A stretch of 58,736 bases of DNA from an uncultured Aquificales bacterium (GCA_964453345.1 CAYVOC010000002.1:27424-86159), one strand, 5' to 3'; shown: positions 10,097 through 21,313, counted from the first letter of the stretch. Notes: generated from the letters alone by a model not told the origin. A program made the numbers and translations.

Positions 10097-11293
10097 TTAT
10101 TTTCTTTTTGCCAGAACCGCATAGGGCAAGCCCCAGATTCTGCAAAAGCCTTCTCCATGCTTGTGCTCAAAGGCATCAGCAGCATCATAGGTTGCAAGTT
10201 CATACTCATAGAGGGCCTTGGGCGATCTTCTGCCAACCGGAACCACCTGTCCCTTGTAGAGCTTAACCCTCACCTCTCCGGTCAGCCTCTCGTTAACCTT
10301 GTCCATAAAGGCGTCAAGCCCCTCCCTCACAGGAGAGAACCAGAGACCGTAATACACCAGATCGGCATACTTTATGGAAAGATACTCCTTCAATCTGAAG
10401 GTTTCTCTATCAAGACATAGATGCTCAAGCTCCCTGTGGGCAACGTAAAGTATGGTGGCACCTGGAGCCTCGTAAACCTCCCTGGACTTTATCCCAACCA
10501 GCCTGTCCTCAACTATATCAACACGCCCCACTCCGTGCTTAGCCCCTATCTCGTTCAGCCTCTCAACAAGGGGAACCGGATCCAGCCTCTCACCGTTCAC
10601 AGAAACGGGAATCCCCTGCTCAAAGCCTATGGTCAAATACTCAGGCTCATCAGGAGCATCCTTCGGAGACTTCGTTATGAGGAAGGCATCCTCGGGCGGT
10701 TCCTGCCAGGGATCCTCCAGCACACCGCACTCTATAGATATGCTCCAGATGTTTCTGTCTATGGAGTAGGGTTTCTCTTTTGTCACCTCAACCGGTATCC
10801 CGTGCTTCTGGGCGTATTCGATCTCCTCCTCCCTGGATTTAAACTCCCAATCCCTCACAGGAGCCAATATTTTGAGATTGGGATTCAGGGCCATCACCCC
10901 CACCTCAAACCTCACCTGATCGTTGCCCTTACCCGTTGCCCCGTGAACAACCGCATCCGCCCCTTCCTTTTCTGCGATCTCAACCAGATACTTGGCAATG
11001 AGGGGTCTGTTCAAGGCGGTTCCCAAGGGATACTTCCCCTCATACAGGGCCTGGGCCTTCAAGGCCCTGAAACAGTAATCCGTCAGGAACTCCTCCTTCA
11101 GATCCAGAACATAGGCCTTTGAAGCCCCCGTCTTCAAAGCCTTCTGCCTGACCTCTTCCAGATCCTCCTGCTGGCCCACATCGGCCGCAAAGGCGATAAC
11201 CTCACAGCCATACTTCTCTATCAGCCATCTGAGTATTACTGAAGTATCAAGACCACCTGAATAAGCCAGAACCACCTTCTTTATCTCACCCAT
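10097..11293 (-). CDS. argG: Argininosuccinate synthase
   Basis: LAYSGGLDTS, HGATGKGNDQVRFE, RLVGIKSREVYEAP; ATG 11293 behind SD. Confidence 0.98.
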   Translation of the reverse strand: MGEIKKVVLAYSGGLDTSVILRWLIEKYGCEVIAFAADVGQQEDLEEVRQKALKTGASKAYVLDLKEEFLTDYCFRALKAQALYEGKYPLGTALNRPLIAKYLVEIAEKEGADAVVHGATGKGNDQVRFEVGVMALNPNLKILAPVRDWEFKSREEEIEYAQKHGIPVEVTKEKPYSIDRNIWSISIECGVLEDPWQEPPEDAFLITKSPKDAPDEPEYLTIGFEQGIPVSVNGERLDPVPLVERLNEIGAKHGVGRVDIVEDRLVGIKSREVYEAPGATILYVAHRELEHLCLDRETFRLKEYLSIKYADLVYYGLWFSPVREGLDAFMDKVNERLTGEVRVKLYKGQVVPVGRRSPKALYEYELATYDAADAFEHKHGEGFCRIWGLPYAVLAKRK

Positions 11294-11332
11294 GACCTCT
11301 CCTCCCAAAAATTTGTAGCCAGAATACCCCTC

Positions 11333-12415
11333 TCACCCTCTATCTTCAAGCACCGCATCCCTCGATGCCAAAAACTTCTGCTCGTAGATCTTGGCAAGGG
11401 TGAAAAGCAGGTTGAACAGAATGGGCCCTAAGAACATGCCTATAAAACCGAACTTTATAAGACCACCAAAGATAGAGAAAAATATCACTATATAAGGAGC
11501 GTTCACCCTGTTCTTCATTATCATGGGCTTAACAACATTGTCCAAGGAGGAGATCAAACCTACCCCCACCACCAACATGGCAGCGGCCCTGATCCAGCTC
11601 ACCTTTACCAGAAGATAGACGGCTACGGGAAACCACACCATCGAGGCACCAAAGGGCGGGATAAAGGAGGCATAGGAGGTGGCCAGGGCCCAAAGGTAGG
11701 GATAGGGCACTCCCAGAAGAAGATAGGCGACGAGGGAGACAGCCCCCTGGGAAATCGCAGTGCCCACCGTTCCATACACCACACTTATGGTGGTGGTGTA
11801 TATGCTGTTCAAAATATCCCTCTTATCCTCATCCCCCAAGGGAGTGAACCTGTATATGTATTCCCCGAAGATGTGGGCATCTTTTAACAAAAAGAACAGG
11901 GCGAACAGAAAGATGAAGAGTTCCGACACAAGAACACCCATTGAAAAGAAAAGCTCCTTTATCTGAGAAGCGGAAAAGTTCGCCACAGCCTTAAGGTTTG
12001 CCATGAGGCTCTTTAAAAGAACCTGGGAATCTATCACTCCCTCCGGCAGAGACTTAATTGCAAACTTAACAACCGGCGCCGAAAGGAGTCTGTGCTGGAG
12101 CTCAGCCGGCGAGATCTGCTTGTATTTGGCTATTAGATACCTGGAAAGCTCCATAACTTCCTTAAAGGCCATTATACCGGCCGCCGTCAGGGGAACCACA
12201 AACAGAAAAAGGGTGAAGGCGGTGATAATAACGGAAACCAAAACCGGGCGTTTGATCCTTGCAATCAGAAAGTTCCTCAGGGGATTAAATATTATGGTAA
12301 ACAGAACGGCCCATAGGATGGGTTTAAAGAAGGGGGAAAGTATATAAAGCACCGATCCGGCGATGAGAACACATATGGTGAGGAAGAACAGGGTAAACAA
12401 CCTTTGCCTTTCCAT
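11333..12415 (-). CDS. AI-2E family transporter
   Basis: Multi-[32 protein letters not shown]. Confidence 0.9.
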   Translation of the reverse strand: MERQRLFTLFFLTICVLIAGSVLYILSPFFKPILWAVLFTIIFNPLRNFLIARIKRPVLVSVIITAFTLFLFVVPLTAAGIMAFKEVMELSRYLIAKYKQISPAELQHRLLSAPVVKFAIKSLPEGVIDSQVLLKSLMANLKAVANFSASQIKELFFSMGVLVSELFIFLFALFFLLKDAHIFGEYIYRFTPLGDEDKRDILNSIYTTTISVVYGTVGTAISQGAVSLVAYLLLGVPYPYLWALATSYASFIPPFGASMVWFPVAVYLLVKVSWIRAAAMLVVGVGLISSLDNVVKPMIMKNRVNAPYIVIFFSIFGGLIKFGFIGMFLGPILFNLLFTLAKIYEQKFLASRDAVLEDRG

Positions 12416-12459
12416 GGCAATTTGGATAGTATTCCATAAAAAGTCGGGAGTAAAGAAGC

Positions 12460-13278
12460 ATGAAGGTTCTGGGGATAGTGGGAAGCACCAGAAGATACGG
12501 TAACACAGAAGTGGCCGTAAAGGAGGCCCTCATAGGGGCAAAGGAGGCGGGAGCCGAGGTGGAGATCATCAGACTCACCGATTTCAAGATAGAGCCGTGC
12601 AGAGGCTGCATGAGATGTGTGTTCAAGGGATCTCCCTGTCCGATAAACGATGATGTATCAGAAATCTTCAAAAAGCTGAGAGAAGCCGATGCCTTGGTTC
12701 TCGGAGTCCCCGTATACATACTGGGGGCTGCAGGAATCCTGAAAATGCTCCTCGACAGAAGCATGCCCTTCATGTTCAAAAACAGGGATCTGTTGAACAG
12801 AAGAGCGGCGGCCATAATCCCCTACGGGGTTGCGGGATGGGAGGGACTTGCAAGGGCCCAGGTGATGGTGTTCTTACTCTCCTTGGGCTACAGGGTAATA
12901 GACGTCTTTATGCCCCGCTGTCAGGGACCAGGCGAGATCCTGCTGAAGGAGGAAGATGTTAAGAGATGCTACGAAATGGGCAGGAAACTCGCCTTGAATG
13001 AAGATAAATACACGGGGGAACCCGGTGTCTGCCCCATATGTCACAACAGTGTGTTTGAAATAGAAGGGCTAAGGGTGAAGTGTCCCGTGTGCAACATATA
13101 CGGACACATAATAATTGAAGATGGAAAGCTGGGAGTGAAGTTTGAGAACCCAGAGAACCACCGCTGGCAGCCTGAAAACTTAAGGATACACTTCGAGCAA
13201 GAGGTATTGCCATCCGCCGAAAGATATCTGAAGAACAGAGATGTCATTAAAGAAAAGCTATCAAGATACCGCTGGTGA
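12460..13278 (+). CDS. Flavodoxin-family (iron-sulfur flavoprotein / NADPH-dependent FMN reductase) protein with C-terminal Cys4 ribbon
   Basis: [12 protein letters not shown] loop, CRGCMRC-x5-[13 protein letters not shown]-terminal CPIC...CPVC. Confidence 0.88.
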   Translation: MKVLGIVGSTRRYGNTEVAVKEALIGAKEAGAEVEIIRLTDFKIEPCRGCMRCVFKGSPCPINDDVSEIFKKLREADALVLGVPVYILGAAGILKMLLDRSMPFMFKNRDLLNRRAAAIIPYGVAGWEGLARAQVMVFLLSLGYRVIDVFMPRCQGPGEILLKEEDVKRCYEMGRKLALNEDKYTGEPGVCPICHNSVFEIEGLRVKCPVCNIYGHIIIEDGKLGVKFENPENHRWQPENLRIHFEQEVLPSAERYLKNRDVIKEKLSRYRW

Positions 13279-14151
13279 AAAGAGCTTCAGGAAGATCAGA
13301 AAAAGGGGAAAGGCTGCGGTTGACACGAATATAATCGATGCGGCAATCTCCGGCTCCTCCCCCATCTGCTCGCACAGCACATAATTCATGACGGCGGAGG
13401 GCAAAGCCGCCTGCACGGCAAGCACGTTTCTCAAGTCGTGGGGGCATCCTGCTATCCCACACACAACAAGGGATCCCACAAAGCCTCCCCCGAAACGGAG
13501 AAGCGTGGCCCAGAGTCCCAGAACCAGATGGGATGCGGTTATGCGTGAAAGACTGATCCCGATAGCCACAAGCATAACAGGCAAGGTGGCGTTTCCAGTA
13601 AGAGCCAGCATCTTCTCCACACCCGGGGGCAGAAAAACTTTCCTGAAAAGCAGTCCAAGGGGAATGGCCCAGACAACCGGCATCCTCAACACCTTGGCAA
13701 TTCCACTAAAAATGGACCCCTTCTGAAGAAGAACCAGCCCCATGGTAAAGTGCAACATGGTCATAGAGACAGAAAAGGCAATGGCGTAAACCATCGCCCT
13801 ATCCCCAAAGAGGAGATATATCAGCGGAAGGCCAAGGTATCCTGAATTCATGAAGACCGATGAGATCTCAAAGGCCCTGCTTCTTCTCCTGAGAAAGAAG
13901 ATCTCAAAAAGAAAAACCAGCACGTAACAGACGACAACTATCCCCAAAGAGACGGCAAAAACCCTCACCAAGGAATCAACGGAGAAATCCGATCTTCTAA
14001 AGAAATGCAGCACCAAGGCGGGGGCAAAGACGGTGAGAACCAGCTCGGACACGTCCTTAGTGTCAAGCTCCCTTTTAAGCCAGCCCAAGAAAAAACCTAT
14101 GGCCATAAGACCATAAACGGGAAGAAGCACCTCTATTATCAGCCCCTTCAC
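13261..14151 (-). CDS. AEC (auxin efflux carrier) family transporter
   Basis: About 10 [17 protein letters not shown] motifs. Confidence 0.9.
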   Translation of the reverse strand: MKGLIIEVLLPVYGLMAIGFFLGWLKRELDTKDVSELVLTVFAPALVLHFFRRSDFSVDSLVRVFAVSLGIVVVCYVLVFLFEIFFLRRRSRAFEISSVFMNSGYLGLPLIYLLFGDRAMVYAIAFSVSMTMLHFTMGLVLLQKGSIFSGIAKVLRMPVVWAIPLGLLFRKVFLPPGVEKMLALTGNATLPVMLVAIGISLSRITASHLVLGLWATLLRFGGGFVGSLVVCGIAGCPHDLRNVLAVQAALPSAVMNYVLCEQMGEEPEIAASIIFVSTAAFPLFLIFLKLFSPAVS

Positions 14152-14162
14152 AGCCTCCCCCT

Positions 14163-14189
14163 TTAAGTTTCACAGGCAATAGCCGATAT
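14163..14189 (+). promoter_or_regulatory. Sigma-28 (FliA) promoter
   Basis: TTAAGTTT-N11-GCCGATAT vs consensus TAAAGTTT-N11-GCCGATAA, directly upstream of a flagellin-like gene with AAGGAGG SD. Confidence 0.85.
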
Positions 14190-14227
14190 TAAACTTAGGG
14201 TTTCTATAAAGGCAAGGAGGTGCCGAA

Positions 14228-14956
14228 ATGAGGGTGGAGAACAAGGGATTATTTTACAACCTGAATAGATACATGGATGAGCTTAACAGAACCTCCAGAA
14301 AAATATCAACCGGAAGGGCGATAAACACGGCCAGTGACAACCCCGCAACGGCCGCAATAGCCGAAAAGATGGATGCGATTATAAGGGAACTGCTCAAAAG
14401 AGAAGGCAACGTTCAGGACATGGTGAACATGATGCAAACCGCAGAGGGAGGGTTGTCAAACATAGGAGAGATACTTCAGAGAATGAGGGAGCTTGCGGTT
14501 CAGGCGTCCAACGGGACCCTCACCCAGGAGGACAGGAACCAGATCCAGGCGGAATTTGAACAGCTCAAAGAAGAGCTTAACAGAATCTCCAGTAACACCC
14601 GATTCAACAACAAACCCCTGCTTGATGTGAACACCGAAAAACTGGATCTTGACAAGCTGGATCTGACCAATCCCGCACAGGCCGAAAAAGCCATCAGCAG
14701 GCTTGACAGCGCCATAAAAACCATCTCCTCTGACAGGGGCAACCTCGGAGCCATCATAAACGGATACAGGGCAAGGCTTTCGAACTACCAGGTGCAGAGG
14801 GAAAACACCACGGCATCCTACTCAAGGATAATGGACACCGACATGGCCGAGGCCATCACCAAATACAATCAGTTCCAGACCCTTTCACAGATCAGCCTGC
14901 AGACTATAAGGAAGATGAATCAGCTGCTGAAGATGAAACTGAACCTGCTGACATAG
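14228..14956 (+). CDS. Short flagellin-family protein (D0/D1 only)
   Basis: [51 protein letters not shown]; 242 aa. Confidence 0.9.
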   Translation: MRVENKGLFYNLNRYMDELNRTSRKISTGRAINTASDNPATAAIAEKMDAIIRELLKREGNVQDMVNMMQTAEGGLSNIGEILQRMRELAVQASNGTLTQEDRNQIQAEFEQLKEELNRISSNTRFNNKPLLDVNTEKLDLDKLDLTNPAQAEKAISRLDSAIKTISSDRGNLGAIINGYRARLSNYQVQRENTTASYSRIMDTDMAEAITKYNQFQTLSQISLQTIRKMNQLLKMKLNLLT

Positions 14957-15937
14957 TCAAATCCAGGATCTTGACGACACATCAAGATCGAGGGAAGCCC
15001 TGTCCCCCTGCTTGTATCTGTAGGTGGCCACATAGGCCACCATGGCTCCGTTATCGGTGCAGAATTTGGGACTCGGAAAGAAGACCTCCATACCCAGCCT
15101 GCCCGCCTCCTCCAGAAACCGCTCCCTCAACCTCGAATTGCAGGCGACCCCTCCCGAAACCACCACCCTCGCCGCTCCGGTATCCACGGCGGCCTTCAGG
15201 GTCTTTGAAACAAGAGCCTCAACCACAGCCTCCTGAAAGGAGGCCGCCACATCTTCCGGCCTTGCATCCGGATTCTTCTTAAGATAGACAGCAACCGCCG
15301 TCTTTACCCCGGAAAAGCTGAAATCGTAGCCCTTGGTTCTGGCAACCGGAAACTTCACAGCCCCGGGATCGCCCATCTTTGACACCCTGTCTATAGCAGG
15401 GCCTCCAGGGTATCCAAGGCCCAGCAACTTCGCCACCTTATCAAAGGCCTCCCCCGCCGCATCATCCAGGGTCTGCCCAAGCCTCTTCAAGCTTCCGAAC
15501 CCCTCAACGTAAAAGAGGCTCGTGTGCCCCCCCGAAACCACAAGGGCCACAAAGGGAAACTCCACCTCCCTCTCGAGAAAGATGGCAAAGGCATGGGCCT
15601 CAAGATGGTCAACGGCCACTATGGGTTTGTCCAGGGCATAGGCCAATCCCTTGGCAAAGGTCACCCCCACAAGGAGGGAGGGAATAAGGCCGGGCCGGTT
15701 TGTAACTCCTATGCAGTCTATATCCTTGAAGGAGACACCCGCCTCCGACAGGGCCTCATCCACCAAAGGCAACAGGGCATCAAGATGCTTCCTTGCGGCA
15801 AGCTCCGGAACCACGCCACCAAAAATCCCGTGTAGATCAACCTGGGAGGAGAGGAGATTTGACAGAAGCACCCTGCCGTCCTCAAGAACGGCCACCCCTG
15901 TATCATCGCACGAGGTCTCTATTCCCAGGACCTTCAA
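14957..15937 (-). CDS. tsaD: tRNA N6-adenosine threonylcarbamoyltransferase
   Basis: GIETSCDDT, GGVVPELAARKH, HLEAH, SGGHT, DDAAGEAFDK, TDNGAMV. Confidence 0.98.
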   Translation of the reverse strand: MKVLGIETSCDDTGVAVLEDGRVLLSNLLSSQVDLHGIFGGVVPELAARKHLDALLPLVDEALSEAGVSFKDIDCIGVTNRPGLIPSLLVGVTFAKGLAYALDKPIVAVDHLEAHAFAIFLEREVEFPFVALVVSGGHTSLFYVEGFGSLKRLGQTLDDAAGEAFDKVAKLLGLGYPGGPAIDRVSKMGDPGAVKFPVARTKGYDFSFSGVKTAVAVYLKKNPDARPEDVAASFQEAVVEALVSKTLKAAVDTGAARVVVSGGVACNSRLRERFLEEAGRLGMEVFFPSPKFCTDNGAMVAYVATYRYKQGDRASLDLDVSSRSWI

Positions 15938-17529
15938 TTTTCCACCTCTATCCTATACTTCCTCTCATCTTTAGGAATATACCAATCCTCAAAATTATAC
16001 CATATGCCGGCCTTTTTTGGCCTAACATTCTTAAACCTTTTGTGAAGAATGGAAAGGGAATCGGGAACATACAAGAAGGTGTAGGGCTGATCCTCGTAGA
16101 TTATGCGCTGAATCCTGTGGTAGATGCGCGCCCTCTTTTCGCGATCCAATATTCCCCTGGCTTCCTCCAGGAGTCTATCCACCTCAGGATTGCTGTATCC
16201 AACGAAGTTGAACTCGCCCGGCCCCGTCTTTGAAGAGTGCCATATATCGTAGGGATCCGGATCGTAGCCCAAGGCCCATCCCAGAATAACCGCCTGAAAG
16301 TTTCTCTCCATGATCCTTTTCAAAAGAGCCTGCCATTCAAGGACCCTTATCTTAACCCTTATCCCCACCCTTGACAGCTGATACTGGATTATCTCGGCGG
16401 TGGATATCCTCTGAAGGTTGCCCTGGTTTGTTATTATGGTGAACTCAAAGGGCCTGCCATTTTTGTCAATGATCCCATCGCCGTCGTGATCCTCCCAACC
16501 AGCCTCCCTAAGAAGCCTCTTCGCCCTCTCAGGATCGTAGGGAAAGGGCTTCAAGGACCTATCGCATGCCCAGGAGGAGGGAGGAAAGATACCGTTGGAA
16601 ACACTGCCCAGACCAAGTAGGACAACATCCACTATCAGTTTTCTGTCTATGGCATAGGTCAGAGCCTGTCTGACCCTCCTATCCCTAAACAGGGGAAGCC
16701 TCAAGTTATACCCCAAATAGGTGTAGCCGAAGGAGGGGAAGCGAAACTTGCGAAAGTTCCTTTTAAAATACGGGGTATCTGTCTGCCTCTTATACTGGAA
16801 GGGAGTCAACCCCATGTAGTCCAGATTCCCGGATTGCAGTTCCAGAAACATGGTGGCGCTATCGGGTATTATTCTGTAGATGATCCGATCAATTCCCGGT
16901 CTTCCCCTGAAGTAGTTGGGGTTGGCTTCGAGAACAAGCTCTCTGCCCGTTATCCATCTTTTCAGTATATAGGGTCCGGTTCCCACCGGCCTTCTATTGT
17001 ATTTGGTGGTATTCAGATCCTCCCCTTCAAGCAGATGCTTGGGAATTATTCCCATGGTCCAGGAAGAGAGGGCCCCCGAGAAAGGGCGTTTGTAAACCAC
17101 CTTCACGGTGTAGTCGTCTATCTTCTCCATCCTCTCCACAAGTTCATAATCGCCGCTGTAGGGCGTTGCCACCTTTGGATCGATAAGCTTCTTATAAGTA
17201 AAGATCACATCATCGGCGGTGAAGGGATGGCCATCCTGCCACTTGACACCCTTCCTCAGGTGAAAGATTATAACTCTGCCCCCCTCCCTCACCTCCCAGC
17301 TTTTAGCAAGGTCCCCAACAAGGTTAAGATCCCCATCATACCTCAGAAGGCCGTTGAATATAAAGCCGGATATGGTCGCAGAGGCACTATCACTGGCCAG
17401 AAGGGGAAGAAGCCTTTTGGGCTCACCTATGGAGCCGAGAACTATTACACCACCGTATTCCTTAGAGAGAGAGGGGAATGCAGCGAGAAACAGCAGAAGA
17501 ACCGCAAGAACTATTCTACCTTTCGCCAT
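15934..17529 (-). CDS. Peptide/nickel ABC transporter substrate-binding protein (family 5)
   Basis: Signal peptide; LRKGVKWQDG-PFTADDV, PVGTGPY, VRQAL-YAIDR. Confidence 0.92.
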   Translation of the reverse strand: MAKGRIVLAVLLLFLAAFPSLSKEYGGVIVLGSIGEPKRLLPLLASDSASATISGFIFNGLLRYDGDLNLVGDLAKSWEVREGGRVIIFHLRKGVKWQDGHPFTADDVIFTYKKLIDPKVATPYSGDYELVERMEKIDDYTVKVVYKRPFSGALSSWTMGIIPKHLLEGEDLNTTKYNRRPVGTGPYILKRWITGRELVLEANPNYFRGRPGIDRIIYRIIPDSATMFLELQSGNLDYMGLTPFQYKRQTDTPYFKRNFRKFRFPSFGYTYLGYNLRLPLFRDRRVRQALTYAIDRKLIVDVVLLGLGSVSNGIFPPSSWACDRSLKPFPYDPERAKRLLREAGWEDHDGDGIIDKNGRPFEFTIITNQGNLQRISTAEIIQYQLSRVGIRVKIRVLEWQALLKRIMERNFQAVILGWALGYDPDPYDIWHSSKTGPGEFNFVGYSNPEVDRLLEEARGILDREKRARIYHRIQRIIYEDQPYTFLYVPDSLSILHKRFKNVRPKKAGIWYNFEDWYIPKDERKYRIEVEN

Positions 17530-17741
17530 TCACCTCCAGGTTCCTTCCACTGTATGTAGCCAGACAAAAATTCCTGCAGGGCCACGAAGTATTCCTTGGA
17601 GGATTCAGGCTTGACCAAAGGCTGATCTCCCTGATTTATGGCCTTCGCCCTTTTGAAAAGGATCACCGAGAGCCTGTATCTGCTGTCCACCTTCTCCATG
17701 GCCTCGTTTATAAGTCTCACCCTATCCATCATGCTCTTCAT
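17511..17741 (-). CDS. rpoZ: RNA polymerase omega subunit
   Basis: VDSRYRL-----KRAKAI-QG--PLV, ALQE; ATGA overlap with secF stop. Confidence 0.85.
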   Translation of the reverse strand: MKSMMDRVRLINEAMEKVDSRYRLSVILFKRAKAINQGDQPLVKPESSKEYFVALQEFLSGYIQWKEPGGEWRKVE

Positions 17742-18673
17742 GATGTCGCCTCCTTAGCAACCGGGGCTTTCTTAATCAACCTCTCCCAGTATATCACAAC
17801 GGGACTTGCTATAAACACCGAAGAGTAGGTTCCCACAATTATACCAATGGTAAGCGCAAGGGCAAATCCCCTTATCACCTCATTACCCAGTATCAGCAGG
17901 GACAGAACCGCAAACAGGGTTGTTAGAGAGGTAAGAAGGGTTCTGCTGAGGGTTTCGTTTATGCTTATGTTTATGGTCTCAACTATATCCTTGCCCTTTT
18001 TGCCCATATTCTCCCTTATCCTGTCATAGACAACGATGGTGTCGTTTATGGAGTAACCAAGGATGGTCAAAAGCGCAGCCAGAATCTCAAGGTCCATCTG
18101 CAACCTGAAAAGGGCGAAGACACCAGCGGTTATTATAACATCGTGGAAAAGGGCGACTATGGCCCCGATCCCAAACCTGAATTCAAACCTCCATGCTATA
18201 TATATAAGCATGGCTATAAGGGACAGTATTATGGCCTTCACACCCTTCCTCTTCAGCTCCTTGCCCACCTTGGGACCAACCATCTCCACCCTTCTTATCT
18301 CAAAGCCCTTGCCGTAAACCTTGGCAATGGCCGATTTCGCCCTCTCCTGAAGCCCCTTAAGTTCCCCAGAACTCTGGGGGGTTCTTATTATAACCTCATT
18401 GGGAGAGCCGAAGGACTGAATGACAAAATCCTTGAATCCAGCCTGCTTCAAGGCCTTCCTCAGTCTGTCTATGTCAGGAGGAGTATCGAACCTCACCTGT
18501 ATGAGGGTTCCGCCGGCGAAGTCCACTCCATAGTTGAAGAAGCTTCCCATGGTAAGCTTGTTGTAGATCATGGCGCCCAAGGATATGAGTATCAAGGCCG
18601 CCGAGATCGCCATGGCCTTGGTTCTGACGGCCATAAAATCTATTCTTGTGTCCGGCTTGATTATCTGAAACAT
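17738..18673 (-). CDS. secF: Protein translocase subunit SecF
   Basis: GVDFAGGT, VGPKVGKEL, GYSINDTIVVYDRIRE, TLSRT. Confidence 0.98.
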   Translation of the reverse strand: MFQIIKPDTRIDFMAVRTKAMAISAALILISLGAMIYNKLTMGSFFNYGVDFAGGTLIQVRFDTPPDIDRLRKALKQAGFKDFVIQSFGSPNEVIIRTPQSSGELKGLQERAKSAIAKVYGKGFEIRRVEMVGPKVGKELKRKGVKAIILSLIAMLIYIAWRFEFRFGIGAIVALFHDVIITAGVFALFRLQMDLEILAALLTILGYSINDTIVVYDRIRENMGKKGKDIVETINISINETLSRTLLTSLTTLFAVLSLLILGNEVIRGFALALTIGIIVGTYSSVFIASPVVIYWERLIKKAPVAKEATS

Positions 18674-18683
18674 AGCGACACCC

Positions 18684-20231
18684 CTATATGCTCAGCCTCT
18701 TTATTTTGAAGACATCCACCAGAAGGTCGAAAACGCCTCTGCAAAAGACTATGGCCGTGAACATGCTGGCCAAAATACCTATGCTCAGGGTAACCGCGAA
18801 TCCCTTTATGGGACCGGTTCCATACTGGAAGAGTATAAGGGCCGCTATCAGGGTGGTTATGTTGGCATCGAGGATGGTTATGGTCGCCCTCTCAAATCCG
18901 GCATCAATTGCCGCCTTTATGGTTCTGCCGAGGCGCAGCTCCTCCCTTATCCTCTCAAAAATCAGAACATTGGCGTCAACCGACATACCGATGGTGAGAA
19001 CTATACCGGCTATGCCCGGAAGGGTCAGGGTAGCGTTGAAAGCTGCCAGCGCCCCAAGGACAAGGATCATGTTCAAAATAAGGGCCACATCCGCTATCAG
19101 ACCCGAAACTCTGTAATAGATCCCCATGAAGAGCATGACAACCAGAAGGCCTACCACGGCCGCCCTGATCCCCCTCCTTATGGAATCCATACCGAGGGAA
19201 GGACCAACGGTTCTATTTTCAAGCACCTTAACGGGAGCAGGAAGGGCACCCGCCCTCAGAACAATGGCGAGATCGTGGGCCTCCTCAAAGGTGAAACTGC
19301 CCGTTATGCTGGCCTCACCTCCAAGGATCGGCTCCCTTATAACAGGGGCGGAATAGACCGTGTTGTCAAGTATGATTGCAAGCCTTCTGCCCACATTATT
19401 GCTGGTTATCTGGGCAAAGATCTTTGTTCCTATCTTATCAAACTTTATGGCAACATAGGGCTCATTGGTCCTGCTGTCTATCATAACCCTCGCATCAACG
19501 AGATGATCACCGGTCAGAAGGGTTTGCTTTTTAACAAGATAGGGAACCTTCTTCACCCTACCCGTCTGCCTATCCACAACCCTTCCGTATAGTATCTCAT
19601 CCCCGGGCGGGATGTTTCCCGCAAGGGCCTCTTCAACGCTGTGCTCCTCATCAAGCAGCTTGAATTCCAAACGGGCGGTCCTGCCTATAATCTTTATGGC
19701 CCTTTCCGGGTCCTTTATACCCGGAATCTGCACAATTATTCTATCGGAGCCGGCCTTTCTTATCTCCGGTTCCGCAACCCCAAACTCATCTATCCTGTTC
19801 CTTATAACCTCAAGGGTCTGATCCAAAGCGTTCTTCTTTATCCTCTCAACGGCCTTGGGAGAAAGTTTTACGTAAATTGTATCGCCCTCTACCCTATCTA
19901 TAACAAGATCGTCGTAATCCTTTAAAATCTTCTTTACCTTAGGAACATCCTCCTTCAGAAGAAGCTTTATTCTTATGGCGTCCTTCTCCCTTGAGATCTC
20001 ATCAACATCTATCTTGGCATTTTTAAATTCTTCCTGAAGCACCAGCACATACTTATCAAGATCCGCCTCAACCGCCTTCTCAAGATCCACTCCAAGGGCG
20101 AGATAGACTCCACCCTTCAGGTCCAGACCAAGCCTGATCCTCTCCTTTTTTCCAGAAAGGGGGCTGAGATATAAAAGAGAGATTCCAACAAGCAGCAGAA
20201 CGGAAAGGAGTCTGATCTTATAGCCCTTCAT
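18684..20231 (-). CDS. secD: Protein translocase subunit SecD
   Basis: LGLDLKGG, RIDEFGVAEP, LRAGALPAP, VDANVLIFERIREE. Confidence 0.98.
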   Translation of the reverse strand: MKGYKIRLLSVLLLVGISLLYLSPLSGKKERIRLGLDLKGGVYLALGVDLEKAVEADLDKYVLVLQEEFKNAKIDVDEISREKDAIRIKLLLKEDVPKVKKILKDYDDLVIDRVEGDTIYVKLSPKAVERIKKNALDQTLEVIRNRIDEFGVAEPEIRKAGSDRIIVQIPGIKDPERAIKIIGRTARLEFKLLDEEHSVEEALAGNIPPGDEILYGRVVDRQTGRVKKVPYLVKKQTLLTGDHLVDARVMIDSRTNEPYVAIKFDKIGTKIFAQITSNNVGRRLAIILDNTVYSAPVIREPILGGEASITGSFTFEEAHDLAIVLRAGALPAPVKVLENRTVGPSLGMDSIRRGIRAAVVGLLVVMLFMGIYYRVSGLIADVALILNMILVLGALAAFNATLTLPGIAGIVLTIGMSVDANVLIFERIREELRLGRTIKAAIDAGFERATITILDANITTLIAALILFQYGTGPIKGFAVTLSIGILASMFTAIVFCRGVFDLLVDVFKIKRLSI

Positions 20232-20244
20232 AGCTCTCCTCTAT

Positions 20245-20562
20245 TCAGGATTTTTTCTCAACTATACTGGCTATAGCTCCCTTGCTTACCTCAAGCTTGG
20301 TGTTTTCGTCAACCTTGAGGATAACGGTGTTGTCCCCAATGTAGGTGACCACCCCGTAAATTCCGCCTATGGTGACCACCTTGTCGCCCTTTCTTAGACT
20401 TTCCAGCATCTTTCTGTGCTGCTTCTGGCGCCTCTGCTGGGGCCAGATGAGAATGAACCAGAAGACCACAAAAATCAGGATAAGGGGAATTATCTGCATC
20501 CAGCCTGAAGGCCTGGAGGCAGGCTGAGAAGCAGCGTAGGCCACAGAAACAAAAAGCTCCAT
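20245..20562 (-). CDS. yajC: Preprotein translocase subunit YajC
   Basis: Single TM, then PQQRR...LRKGDKVVTIGGIYG; upstream of secDF. Confidence 0.96.
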   Translation of the reverse strand: MELFVSVAYAASQPASRPSGWMQIIPLILIFVVFWFILIWPQQRRQKQHRKMLESLRKGDKVVTIGGIYGVVTYIGDNTVILKVDENTKLEVSKGAIASIVEKKS

Positions 20563-20593
20563 CCCTCAACCTCCTAAGGGTATCCCATACGGT

Positions 20594-21313
20594 CTAACTT
20601 GAATAACCTCTAAGAAGATAAAAAACAAGCCCCAGATACTCGTGAAGGGCAAGCTCCACCTTCCTCACATTTCTCGCTCTTGGGAAAAAATCGGCAAAAG
20701 TGTATCTGTCCTCCGAAAGGTAATCCGAAGGATAGGGAAGGGGCCTTGTCCCCAGATGCTTGAAGAGCATCACGCTTCTCGGCATGTGATAGGCCGAGGT
20801 GACAAGGTAAAAGGGTTCGTCCCCCACAATCCTCGCCACTGCAGCAGCGTTCTCGTAGGTGGTTTTCGAACGATCCTCCACCACATACCTGTATCTACCA
20901 AGCATGGACACAACCTCAGAATAGACCCTTGCACCGGCCCTCTTACCAAACAGACTGCCACCGGAAAAAATGAGGGTGCAGTTGGAGAGCATACGGCACA
21001 GGGCAACGCCAGCAACAAGCCTTTTTATAGAGGAGCAACCGCAGCTTGACACAGGATCAGGCCTTTCAAAGATGCCACCTGTAAGGACCACAACCTTTTT
21101 AACTTCAGGATTTACGGCTGCGGGATCAACCATCAGCTCCAAGGGTTTTACAATCATATCGGCCACAGGGGTTATCCCCGCAAAATATAAGACAGCGGCC
21201 GTGAGAAGGGCCATACGGGATCTCCTCCAGACAGAAGCCAGAAGAAGAGTTAGAACCAGAAGCGAGAGAGGATCGAGCAGATAGACCGCAAGCTTTCTAA
21301 GCCAAAAGAGCAC
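20594..21313 (-). CDS. YdcF/ElyC (DUF218) family protein
   Basis: VVLTGG, IFSGG, EDRSKTTYENA, LVTSAYHMPRS, HEYLGL. Confidence 0.9.
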   Translation of the reverse strand: MLFWLRKLAVYLLDPLSLLVLTLLLASVWRRSRMALLTAAVLYFAGITPVADMIVKPLELMVDPAAVNPEVKKVVVLTGGIFERPDPVSSCGCSSIKRLVAGVALCRMLSNCTLIFSGGSLFGKRAGARVYSEVVSMLGRYRYVVEDRSKTTYENAAAVARIVGDEPFYLVTSAYHMPRSVMLFKHLGTRPLPYPSDYLSEDRYTFADFFPRARNVRKVELALHEYLGLVFYLLRGYSS

